Below are positions 1 through 8,625 of a DNA stretch of 47,807 bases, one piece after another. The position numbers and the translations under genes are program-made. The notes under the pieces were generated by a model, which had not been told where the DNA came from, made no database searches, and saw only the letters and a list, made by a program, of their open reading frames with translations. The DNA lies in assembly GCA_046290225.1 (NCBI GenBank), contig JBKAGE010000012.1:1-47807 (forward strand), read 5' to 3'. The DNA is from Bradymonadia bacterium (lineage in GTDB: Bacteria > Myxococcota_A > Bradymonadia > UBA7976 > UBA1532). How positions within the stretch are numbered: the stretch's first letter is position 1; every line of letters begins with the position of its first letter.

Positions 1-2
1 GC

Positions 3-3000
3 AACGACAACAACGCCGCTGTGAACCCCGGTGCTGCCGAGATTCTCCGCAACGGCATTGATGACGACTGCAACCCCGCAACCAACGACCTCCCCGACGC
101 CGACGGTGACGGCTTCTACGAGGACACCGACTGCGATGACTCCAACGCCAACGTCAACCCCGACGCTGTGGAGATCCCCGGCAATGGTCTCGACGATGAC
201 TGTGACTCGAGCACCTTCGATGGTCCTGACAACGACAGCGATGGCTACGATCAGACGACGGACTGCGACGACGCCAACGCCGCTGTGAACCCCGGCGCCG
301 ACGAGATCGTGGGCAACGGCATCGACGACGACTGTGATCCCAACACCCTCGACATCGCCGTCACCATCGTGGAGACCAACCTGCGCCGCGGCGTGAACGG
401 CTACGACGGCGTGACCGATGTGCACGTGAGCCGGTTGTCCACCACCTACATCCCCGAGAACACCGGGAACTTTGGCGCCAACACCGTGCTCCGCATCGCT
501 GAGGACGGCCAGCGGCAGCTGCTGATGAAGTTCGAGCTCGAGGGCGTGCCCCCGCTGGCGGTCATCGACTCGGCGAACATCGTGCTCAACATCGAGTCCA
601 TCAGCTACATCGACAACCCGCAGATCGCGGTCTACCCGATGAGCGTCTCCTGGATCGAAGGTACCTGCGAAAGCCAGTACGGCTGTGTGCCCAACGGCGC
701 CACCCACATCACCCGGGGCCCCGGCCTCGGCGACTGGGCCACCCCCGGCGGTGACTATGGCGCACAGTACGCCGTGGTCGACGCCCCGGAGAGCGGCTCG
801 GTGTCGGTGCCCGTCACCGACCTGGCGCGGAACTGGGCTTCTGGTGCCGCCGCCAACAATGGCGTGATGCTCCGCGGTGTGCGGCAGTGGTCCAACGACT
901 TCCGCATCACCAGCTCCGAGTCGGCGAACGAGGCCCTGCGGCCCCAGCTCTCGATTCGTTGGTACCTGCCCCCCGGCGTGACCGATGGTGACGGCGATGG
1001 CTTCGACGCCGACGTGGACTGCAACGACGCCGTGGCGGCCATCAACCCCGACGCCGACGAGATCCTCGGCAACGGCATCGACGACGACTGCGACCCCGGC
1101 ACCGACGACACGCCTGACCTCGATGGTGACGGCTTCGACTTCCTGGCGGACTGTGACGACGACAACGCCGCGGTGAACCCCGACGCTGACGAGGTCCTGC
1201 TCAACGGCATCGACGACGACTGCAACCCCGCCACGTCGGACTTCCCCGACGCTGACGGTGACGGCTTCACCTCCGACGTGGACTGCAACGACGCCCGGGC
1301 CAGCGTGAACCCCGACGCCGACGAGGTTCTGCTCAACGGCATCGACGACGATTGTGATCCGGCGACGTCGGACTTCCCCGACGCCGATGGCGACGGCTAC
1401 ACCTCTGACGTGGACTGCGACGACAGCAACGCCAGCGTGAACCCCGGCGCCAACGAGGTGATGAACAACACCCTCGACGACGACTGCGATCCGAGCACCT
1501 TCGACGGGGCCGACGACGACGGCGACGGCTACGACATCCTCTCGGACTGCAACGACTACAACGCCAACGTGAACCCCGCCGCCGTGGAGATCATCGACAA
1601 TGGCCTCGATGACGACTGCGACCCGAGCACCCTGGATTACGACGTGGTGACCACCACCACGACGCTGCGCCGGGGTCTCAACGGGTACGATGGCGTGGGC
1701 GACACCTTCCTCAGCTCCGTCTCCGCCACCGGCGTGCCGGAGAACACCGGCAACTTCGGCGGCGCCGAGGAGATGCGGGTTTCCAACGATGGTGTGCGCA
1801 ACGCGCTGATCAAGTTCGACGTCAGCGAGATTCCCCGCCTGGCGGTCATCGAAGAGGCCTTCCTCACGGTGAACATCGAGAGCCTGAACTACCCCAGCGA
1901 CGATCCGTCCTTGTCGGTGTTCCGCATCTACCGCGAGTGGGACGAGGGCACCTGCGTGAACCAGTATGTGTGCCAGGCCGACGGGGCCACCTCGTTCAGC
2001 CGAGGCGTCAACCTCAGCAACTGGATCAACCCCAACGGCGACATCGCCGAGCGCATCTCGGTCACGTCTACCCCGAGCAGCGGCAAGGTGGACCTGCCCG
2101 TCACCTCGCTGGTGGCGGACTGGGTGGCGGGGAACACGGCGAACTACGGCATGATGGTCCGTGGCGAGATCCTGCACCTGAACGACTACAGGCTCTCGAG
2201 CTCCGAGGCGGGCACCGCCACCAACCGGCCCACCCTCACGGTGCGCTGGCACATGCCGCCTCTGCTGGCCCCCGGCACCGGTGCCCTGGCGCCGCGCCAG
2301 GAGAACACCACCTGTAAGTTCCCCGAGGTGGCCGGTGGCCCGGTGCAGAAGCAGCAGATCTACCTCGGCCTCGGCCTCGACTGGCTGGTGTGGATCGACG
2401 ACGTGCCCGGCATGGCGAACTACAAGGCCGGCGTGGGTCTGCACGGCAAGATCTGGCTGGTGGAGAACGGCCTCACGATGGGTGAGCCCGTGGACTTCCT
2501 CGACCTGCCCCAGGTGGTCTGGCAGAACAGCCCCGAAGACGGCTTGCTGTCGATGGCGTTCCACCCCGACTACCAGAACAACGGTCGGTTCTTCGTGAGC
2601 TACACCGTGCAGGAGCCCCTGCGGGTCAGGCTGTCGGAGTACACCCGGGATCCGAACAACCCGATGCAGGCTGATCCGAACTCCGAGCGCATCCTCCTCG
2701 AGATCGAGAAGGACGCCCCGGGCCACAACGGTGGTGACCTGGAGTTCGGCCTCGACGGCTACATGTACATGACCGTCGGTGACACCAACGGCGGCGAGTT
2801 CAGCGCCATGGAGGCCACGCGCCCCTCGAACCTGAAGGGCACCGTGATCCGCATCGACGTGGACAACTACGACGCTGGCGCAGGCGAGCAGTACGGCATT
2901 CCGCCGGACAACCCCTTCGCCGCCGGCGACGTGATCACCCCCTGGGACGACGCCCCCGCCCGCCCCGAGGTCTGGGCCTACGGGTTCCGTCACCCCTGGC

Positions 3001-4421
3001 GTATGAGCATCGACCGCCTCACCGGCGACGTCTGGATCGGCGACGTGGGTGGCTCCGAGCGTGAAGAGGTCAACAAGATCCTGCCGGGCCTCTTCTACGG
3101 CTGGGGCCTCTGGGAAGGTGATCTGTGCGACGGCTCGGGCCCGCAAGAGTGTCCGACCATCGATGACGGCGCGGTGCAGCCTGTCTACTGGTACGACCAC
3201 AGCCAGGGCGCCTGCATCATCGGCGGCCACGTCTACCGCGGCGACGCCATCCCCGAGCTGTTCGGCGCCTACGTCTACGGTGACTGCTCCACTGGTGACG
3301 TGGTGGCGGTCTGGTTCGAGGAGGATGAGCTCGGCGTGGCCACGGCCGTGGCCACCGAGAAGTTCTTCAACGTCGCAGCCCTGGTGGACATGCAGGAGGA
3401 CGAGGACGGCGAGCTGGTGGTGGTCTCGATGAACGCGGGCCGTCACGGCTGGCGCCTCATCGTCGCCGATGACCAGGAGGCCGCGGAGCCCTTCCCGCAG
3501 CTGCTCTCGGAGACGGGCTGCTTCACCGACACCGCCACCATGGAGACGGCGGCCGGCGTGGTGCCTTACGCCCTCAACGCCCCGCTCTGGAGCGACGACG
3601 CCGACAAGGGCCGCTACCTGGCCCTGCCGGAGAACGGCAAGGCGACGTACACCGACAAGGACGCCTTCGGGTTCCCGAAGGACACGGTGCTCATCAAGTC
3701 GTTCTTCATCGACGAGGTGGGTCGACAAGAGCAGCGTCGTCTGGAGACCCGCTTCATGATCAAGCGGGCCGATAGCTGGGAGGCGTACACCTACAAGTGG
3801 AACGCCGATCAGACCGACGCCGAGCTGGTGGCTGAAGAGGGCGCCGAGGAGACCATCGAGACCCCCGACGGCCCGCTGGTCTGGAACTACCCCTCCCGGA
3901 GCGCTTGCTTCCGGTGCCACAACGAGGCGGCGAACTTCGCCATCGGCCTCAGCGTGCGCCAGCTCAACCGCGACGTGGAGATCGACGGTCAGATGGTGAA
4001 CCAGCTCGACGCCTTCGCCGGCATCGAGCTGGTGGATCTGCCCACCGAGGCGGCGAACCTGCCGGCGTGGCCCAGCTACCACGACGACAGCTACACCGCC
4101 GGCGAGCGCGCCCGTGGCCTCTTGCACACCAACTGCGCCACCTGCCACCGCCCGGGCACCACGGTGAACACCACCTTCGACCTGCGGGGCTACACGCCCT
4201 TCGCCGACATGAACATCTGCGACGCGGAGCCGGTGTACGGCACTCTGGGCCTGCAAGATGCCCGCATCTTCAACCCGGGTGATGCGGACAACAGCGTGAT
4301 GTTCAGCCGCGTGTCCCGCCGTGACTCGCTGCAGATGCCCCCGCTGGCGACCCGCATCGTGCACGGCACCGCGCTCGACCTGATCCGCACCTGGATCGAA
4401 GAGACGCCTGTCTGCGAGTGA
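3..4421 (+). CDS. 5'-truncated giant surface protein: Asp/Cys-rich MopE-like (putative metal-binding) repeats, two DNRLRE-like domains, PQQ-dependent sugar dehydrogenase (GSDH) domain and C-terminal di-heme cytochrome c
   Basis: Frame is open from base 3 (AAC GAC AAC AAC GCC GCT GTG...), so the true start lies upstream of the window. Repeated DxDGDG...DCxD...VNPxAxE...NGxDDDC units; two homologous 'LRRGxNGYDGVxD...KF' domains; GSDH motifs (GLLSMAFHPDY, HNGGDLEFG, WAYGFRHPWR, GDVG); CxxCH motifs CFRCH and CATCH; ends in MPPLA. Confidence 0.85.
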   Translation, partial: NDNNAAVNPGAAEILRNGIDDDCNPATNDLPDADGDGFYEDTDCDDSNANVNPDAVEIPGNGLDDDCDSSTFDGPDNDSDGYDQTTDCDDANAAVNPGADEIVGNGIDDDCDPNTLDIAVTIVETNLRRGVNGYDGVTDVHVSRLSTTYIPENTGNFGANTVLRIAEDGQRQLLMKFELEGVPPLAVIDSANIVLNIESISYIDNPQIAVYPMSVSWIEGTCESQYGCVPNGATHITRGPGLGDWATPGGDYGAQYAVVDAPESGSVSVPVTDLARNWASGAAANNGVMLRGVRQWSNDFRITSSESANEALRPQLSIRWYLPPGVTDGDGDGFDADVDCNDAVAAINPDADEILGNGIDDDCDPGTDDTPDLDGDGFDFLADCDDDNAAVNPDADEVLLNGIDDDCNPATSDFPDADGDGFTSDVDCNDARASVNPDADEVLLNGIDDDCDPATSDFPDADGDGYTSDVDCDDSNASVNPGANEVMNNTLDDDCDPSTFDGADDDGDGYDILSDCNDYNANVNPAAVEIIDNGLDDDCDPSTLDYDVVTTTTTLRRGLNGYDGVGDTFLSSVSATGVPENTGNFGGAEEMRVSNDGVRNALIKFDVSEIPRLAVIEEAFLTVNIESLNYPSDDPSLSVFRIYREWDEGTCVNQYVCQADGATSFSRGVNLSNWINPNGDIAERISVTSTPSSGKVDLPVTSLVADWVAGNTANYGMMVRGEILHLNDYRLSSSEAGTATNRPTLTVRWHMPPLLAPGTGALAPRQENTTCKFPEVAGGPVQKQQIYLGLGLDWLVWIDDVPGMANYKAGVGLHGKIWLVENGLTMGEPVDFLDLPQVVWQNSPEDGLLSMAFHPDYQNNGRFFVSYTVQEPLRVRLSEYTRDPNNPMQADPNSERILLEIEKDAPGHNGGDLEFGLDGYMYMTVGDTNGGEFSAMEATRPSNLKGTVIRIDVDNYDAGAGEQYGIPPDNPFAAGDVITPWDDAPARPEVWAYGFRHPWRMSIDRLTGDVWIGDVGGSEREEVNKILPGLFYGWGLWEGDLCDGSGPQECPTIDDGAVQPVYWYDHSQGACIIGGHVYRGDAIPELFGAYVYGDCSTGDVVAVWFEEDELGVATAVATEKFFNVAALVDMQEDEDGELVVVSMNAGRHGWRLIVADDQEAAEPFPQLLSETGCFTDTATMETAAGVVPYALNAPLWSDDADKGRYLALPENGKATYTDKDAFGFPKDTVLIKSFFIDEVGRQEQRRLETRFMIKRADSWEAYTYKWNADQTDAELVAEEGAEETIETPDGPLVWNYPSRSACFRCHNEAANFAIGLSVRQLNRDVEIDGQMVNQLDAFAGIELVDLPTEAANLPAWPSYHDDSYTAGERARGLLHTNCATCHRPGTTVNTTFDLRGYTPFADMNICDAEPVYGTLGLQDARIFNPGDADNSVMFSRVSRRDSLQMPPLATRIVHGTALDLIRTWIEETPVCE

Positions 4422-4472
4422 TGTGTCGACATTGATGCCTCGACAGTGATGCCTCGACAGTGATGCCTGGAC
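4419..4472 (+). repeat. 14-bp tandem repeat TGATGCCTCGACAG, ~4 copies, beginning at the stop codon
   Basis: tgatgtgtcgacat / tgatgcctcgacag / tgatgcctcgacag / tgatgcctggac. Confidence 0.85.
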
Positions 4473-4501
4473 TGGGGTTCACAGAATCTCTGTGAACCCC
4501 A
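4473..4501. terminator. Perfect 13-bp-stem hairpin (possible terminator or REP-like palindrome)
   Basis: TGGGGTTCACAGA-ATC-TCTGTGAACCCCA downstream of the first CDS; no clear U-tract. Confidence 0.55.
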
Positions 4502-4590
4502 CACCTCCCTCTGCCTGTTTTGCCCGCATCTCCACTGCACACAGACTGCTGGAACACCCCTTGCTCAACCTCTGTGCAGGAGGTGCTGTC

Positions 4591-5838
4591 ATGAACGTTT
4601 GTCTCAAACTGTGGGCTCTGCTCTCGCTGGCCGGGGCCCTGGGCTGCACCACCGTGGGGGCACCACGCCCCGCCGACGTCGCGCCCCCGGTGGGCGTCTC
4701 TTCCGAGATCTACATCCCAGTGCATACGCTGGCGTTTGGTGAGGCGAAGGGCACCGAAGGCCCACCCGTCGATCGCACCGGGGACACTGTGGGCGAGGCC
4801 AAACCGCTGACCATCAAGGGCCACTCTGGTGGGGTCGCTGTCTTGCACCCATTGGCGTATCTCTTTCCCTCATGGGAGGAGCTGTCGCTCCGGGTCGGTG
4901 TCTTCGAGCCCTGTGAGATCGGCGGCTCTGCGGGGCTTCTTCGTCAGGGAGCGGAGCTGCGATGCGGCATCACCCAGCGACGTTGGGGTGACTCGATGTC
5001 GCTGGCGATCTCGGGCGGCATCACCCACCGTGTCGATCTGCTGCAGATAGAGCTGCCGAACCAGGGGGTGGGCTGGCGGGCAGGCCTCGAGGGGAGCGGG
5101 CCGCTCTTCGAGGACGAGGACAATCAATGGATGTTGGGCCTCTGGCTGAGCCGTGGCCCCCACAGCCACGGCATCAGCAACATCCCCTCGCGCCTCGACG
5201 AAGGCACTGATCTGCACATGGGGCCCTCGCTTTACATCCAGCGCATGGAGAGTCGCCTCACGGTGCCCATGGCCGTGGGGCTCGGCGAGGGCCGAAACGG
5301 GTTCATGGTGGGTCTCTCACCCTACTTCACGGTGGACGCTGGCCCCGCGGAGTTCGAGTGCGATCAATGCAGCCGCGCCCACATGGAGACCTTCACCGAG
5401 CGTTGGGGTGTGAGCCTGCTGGTGGGGGGTTACTTCGGGAGTGAGGGCGCCATCATCGACTTCGACGAGCCGGAACCCCTGAAGGGGCATCACATCGAGT
5501 GGCGATCGGACAAGGACACGATCGTGGGCGGCAAGATCATGAGCTTCGTGGGGTACACGGTGCCGCTGATCCCCAGCATGGTGATCAGCCTCGCGGACGA
5601 GAGCCCTTTCCCGTGGTGGGTGCTCGTGCCGGTGGTGGGTGATCCGCTCGTGGCGGCGGGGGTGGGCGATTCACCTCTCCCTACACGCATCATGGCGGGT
5701 TTTGGGGGGGCGGTTCAGGGCATCGGGGTGATCACGTGGTTGATCGGCTGGAGGGGATCTCCACAACAGATTCCTGATGAGTCGAGTGTTTGGGTGGTGC
5801 CTATGACGAATGGAGCTGCGGTGGCTGGGCGGTTTTAG
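4591..5838 (+). CDS. Hypothetical exported/membrane lipoprotein
   Basis: AGGAGG RBS before ATG 4591; signal peptide with ALGC lipobox; hydrophobic segments near the C-terminus; ends in a 'VWVVPMTNGAAVAGRF' beta-strand/Phe tail. Confidence 0.7.
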   Translation: MNVCLKLWALLSLAGALGCTTVGAPRPADVAPPVGVSSEIYIPVHTLAFGEAKGTEGPPVDRTGDTVGEAKPLTIKGHSGGVAVLHPLAYLFPSWEELSLRVGVFEPCEIGGSAGLLRQGAELRCGITQRRWGDSMSLAISGGITHRVDLLQIELPNQGVGWRAGLEGSGPLFEDEDNQWMLGLWLSRGPHSHGISNIPSRLDEGTDLHMGPSLYIQRMESRLTVPMAVGLGEGRNGFMVGLSPYFTVDAGPAEFECDQCSRAHMETFTERWGVSLLVGGYFGSEGAIIDFDEPEPLKGHHIEWRSDKDTIVGGKIMSFVGYTVPLIPSMVISLADESPFPWWVLVPVVGDPLVAAGVGDSPLPTRIMAGFGGAVQGIGVITWLIGWRGSPQQIPDESSVWVVPMTNGAAVAGRF

Positions 5839-5869
5839 AGGGGGAGAGGTCCCGCTCCGCGGGTAAGAG

Positions 5870-6237
5870 AGTTTTCGGGCACGGGCACGGGCACGGGCAC
5901 GGGCACGAGTTGATTCGGGTGTTGACCCGTGGCCTATCCTGAACTCAGGGCGATGGTTGTCATTGAGGCTGAGTTGATGCACTTCAGAATGGCCGGAGGC
6001 TTCAGGTCCTGGGTGTGCAACCGGGAACATGGTTTACAGATTGGTCGTCAGCAAACCGGGGACATGGTTTACAGGTTCTTGGGGAGGGGGTGGAGGTCCA
6101 AACCTTCACAGTGAAGCACATGGGGCCGAGTAGAGCCTCCACCATCACACACCCACGAGCGGAGTCATGCAGGGCCACGGGTTCACACCCGAATCAACTC
6201 GTGCCCGTGCCCGTGCCCGTGCCCGTGCCCGAAAACT
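5870..6237. mobile_element. Family A MITE/REPIN-like element, copy 1 (65-bp terminal inverted repeats containing (GGGCAC)5)
   Basis: 5870-5934 and 6173-6237 are inverted repeats with 2 mismatches; the interior is homologous (reverse complement) to 35745-36039; lies between convergent genes. Confidence 0.75.
6014..6074 (+). mobile_element. Orphan IS481-like terminal fragment inside family A copy 1
   Basis: Starts TGT; two 21-bp direct repeats AACCGGGRACATGGTTTACAG (6019-6039, 6054-6074); absent from the second family A copy. Confidence 0.45.
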
Positions 6238-6287
6238 GATCTGCGAGCGAAGCGAGCCCACTCATATAGACCCAACCCCCATCAAAA

Positions 6288-8426
6288 TCACTCCCCCGGC
6301 AGACACACCGCAAACCCCTGAAAGGGCACGCAGGTCGTACCCGGAATGCGATCACAGTCCGTATCACGCTGACAGCCGATGGTGCAGATGTTCCGACCGT
6401 TCTCACCACCCTCGAAGCTCCAGCAGACATCGCTTTGCTGCGGATCACAGTCATCCGCGCTGTCGCAGCGGGCGCCCAGACCCAGCTGGCCGTTGCCTTC
6501 GATGGGCGTGCAGGCGCCCGTCTCGACATCACAGGCACCGCGGAGGGGCTCGGTGAAGTCGCACAGGGTGTTCTCGGCGTCGCAGCGCTCGTCGTTGTCG
6601 ATGAGCTCCAGGGAGAGCGCGTAGGGGTGATCGCCGAGGGCGTCTGCCCCCTGGAGCACCACCCGGACATAGTGCGTGCCTGCGGGGATCAGCCTGATCT
6701 CCGCTACCTCGGTGTTGTTGTCGCCCGCGGCGAGACCCACGAGGTTGCTCTGGGCGTCGTAGACCGCCATGGCCAGATCTACCCCCTCAGCGCCTTCGCC
6801 CGTGGGCTCCAGGGTGGCCGAGAGCAGGAAGCCCGCGGACTCGGCAGGCACCTCCAGGGTGTACCAGTCCTCGTCGTCGCGGCAGATCACCCCCTCGGTG
6901 GCGAGGCCCAGGGCGATGGGGGTGGCGTCGGCGGCCACGTCGTTGGGGGCGCCGTCGTCGCCGCAGAAGGTGGGCGTGGGGGCGCGGCCGCAGAAGGGGC
7001 CGAACTCTGTCTGGCGGCAGACCGTCTCTTCGGGGCAGTCGGCGTCGCTGCGGCAGCCGCCGAACAGCTCGCAGCTCCCCGCCTGACAGCTGCGGAAGTC
7101 GCTGCAGTCGTTGTCGGATTCACAGGCGGGCAGACACACCGCGAAGCGCTGACTCACCCGCACACAGGTGGCGCCGTCGCCCAGGGCCGCGCAGTCCTGG
7201 TTCCCGCGGCAGCCCACGGTGCACACGTTGTCGCCGCCGCCCTCACGGCCCGTCCAGCAGAGATCAGCATCGGCGGTGCAGTCTTCCTCGCTGGCGCACT
7301 GGCCGCCGAGAGGCACGTTGCCGGCGTTCTCTGGCGGGCCGCAGGTGCCAGCGTCGACGTCGCAGCGGGGGTTCTCTGGGGCGAGACAGTCGTTGTCGCT
7401 CATGCACTGGCCCGAGCGACCCACGAGATCGAGGCGGTAGCTCACCTCGCGGTCGGGCTCGTCCTCGGGCACGAAGAGGAACACGCCCACGGCGTAGCGT
7501 CCCGCGGGCAGGTAGGACAGCGAGATGAACTCGGGGTTGGTGCGTAGATCGTTGAAGGCGGTGCCCACGCGGCGGCCCGTGGCCAGATCGACCACCACCA
7601 CGTCAACGTCTTCACCCTGCGGGACCGACACCTGCAGATCGTAGCTGTCGCCGGCGGCGGCTTCGAAGGTGAACCAGTCGCGATCGTCACGGCAGAAGAG
7701 ACCCTCCACCGGGCCACCGTCCACCATGAGGGGGGCGCCGTCGGCGTCGCGATCGTTGGGCTCGAAGTCGTCGACGCCGCAGCGGGCCGGGGCGGCACCG
7801 ATGCACAGGCGCTCGAAGGGATCACAGATCTGATCGTCAGGGCATTGGCCGTCGCTTTGGCACTGACCGCGCAGGGCCAGGGTGTATTGAGCCGACTCCA
7901 TGCGGAAGCCGGTGACCTCGATGAGGTAGTCGCCGGCCTCGGGGGCGTTGAAGGTGATCGACTCCCGGCCGGTCTCGCCGGCGGACTCTTGCAAGATCAC
8001 CCCCTCGGCGTTGAGCACCTTCAGGTCGAGATCCACCCGAGCGGGCTGTGTGTCGAGCACGATGAGGGCCACTTGACGGGCGGCGAGGGTCACCCGGAAG
8101 AAGTCGCTGGTCTCGGGGCAGATGAAGAGTCCTTCGCCGGTGTAGCCCACCTCCACAGGCACCGCGTCGTCGATGGTCTGGTTCGGCGCCCGGTCGTCCT
8201 CGTCCTCACAGGTCGTGGGGATGATGTCGGCGTCGGGCTCTGGCGCCGGCTGCGCGTCGGGCACCACCTCGGCGTCGGGGATGGGCACCGGGCCCATGTC
8301 GGGGGCGGCCTCGGCGTCCGGGGCGGTGGCGTCGGGCTCGGGATCGTCAGCGCTGCTGCTGGTCTCCTGCACGCACGCGGTGGTGAGCAGGGCGATGAGG
8401 CTGGCGTAGGCGAAGGTCTTCAACAT
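6288..8426 (-). CDS. Cys-rich lipoprotein with three PPC (pre-peptidase C-terminal)-like domains
   Basis: Start MLKTFAYASLIALLTTAC (lipobox); three 'PND/PNQ...C...DxD(W/F)' PPC-like units separated by C-x-x-D-x-D-C repeats. Confidence 0.8.
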   Translation of the reverse strand: MLKTFAYASLIALLTTACVQETSSSADDPEPDATAPDAEAAPDMGPVPIPDAEVVPDAQPAPEPDADIIPTTCEDEDDRAPNQTIDDAVPVEVGYTGEGLFICPETSDFFRVTLAARQVALIVLDTQPARVDLDLKVLNAEGVILQESAGETGRESITFNAPEAGDYLIEVTGFRMESAQYTLALRGQCQSDGQCPDDQICDPFERLCIGAAPARCGVDDFEPNDRDADGAPLMVDGGPVEGLFCRDDRDWFTFEAAAGDSYDLQVSVPQGEDVDVVVVDLATGRRVGTAFNDLRTNPEFISLSYLPAGRYAVGVFLFVPEDEPDREVSYRLDLVGRSGQCMSDNDCLAPENPRCDVDAGTCGPPENAGNVPLGGQCASEEDCTADADLCWTGREGGGDNVCTVGCRGNQDCAALGDGATCVRVSQRFAVCLPACESDNDCSDFRSCQAGSCELFGGCRSDADCPEETVCRQTEFGPFCGRAPTPTFCGDDGAPNDVAADATPIALGLATEGVICRDDEDWYTLEVPAESAGFLLSATLEPTGEGAEGVDLAMAVYDAQSNLVGLAAGDNNTEVAEIRLIPAGTHYVRVVLQGADALGDHPYALSLELIDNDERCDAENTLCDFTEPLRGACDVETGACTPIEGNGQLGLGARCDSADDCDPQQSDVCWSFEGGENGRNICTIGCQRDTDCDRIPGTTCVPFQGFAVCLPGE

Positions 8427-8625
8427 GACGGATGCACCTGGAAATGTGTGCGAAGGGCAACGGCGGCTCATGTCATCATATGTAGCCAGACCTGTGCCAT
8501 GGTTTTCTGGTGGGCACGTCTACAGGGGGTTGGCAGTGCATGGAGATTGCAGTTAAACGCGTTTCTTTGCGCAGAACATCCCCCTCGAGGTCCCCCCTGT
8601 GAAGAGCGCCAATCGGCCACAGCCC

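Noticed and set aside
5671..6556. Short ORFs with RARARA/GHGHGH/VPVPVP runs (also 35641-36122)
   Set aside because: Translations of the (GGGCAC)n repeats of family A, not credible proteins
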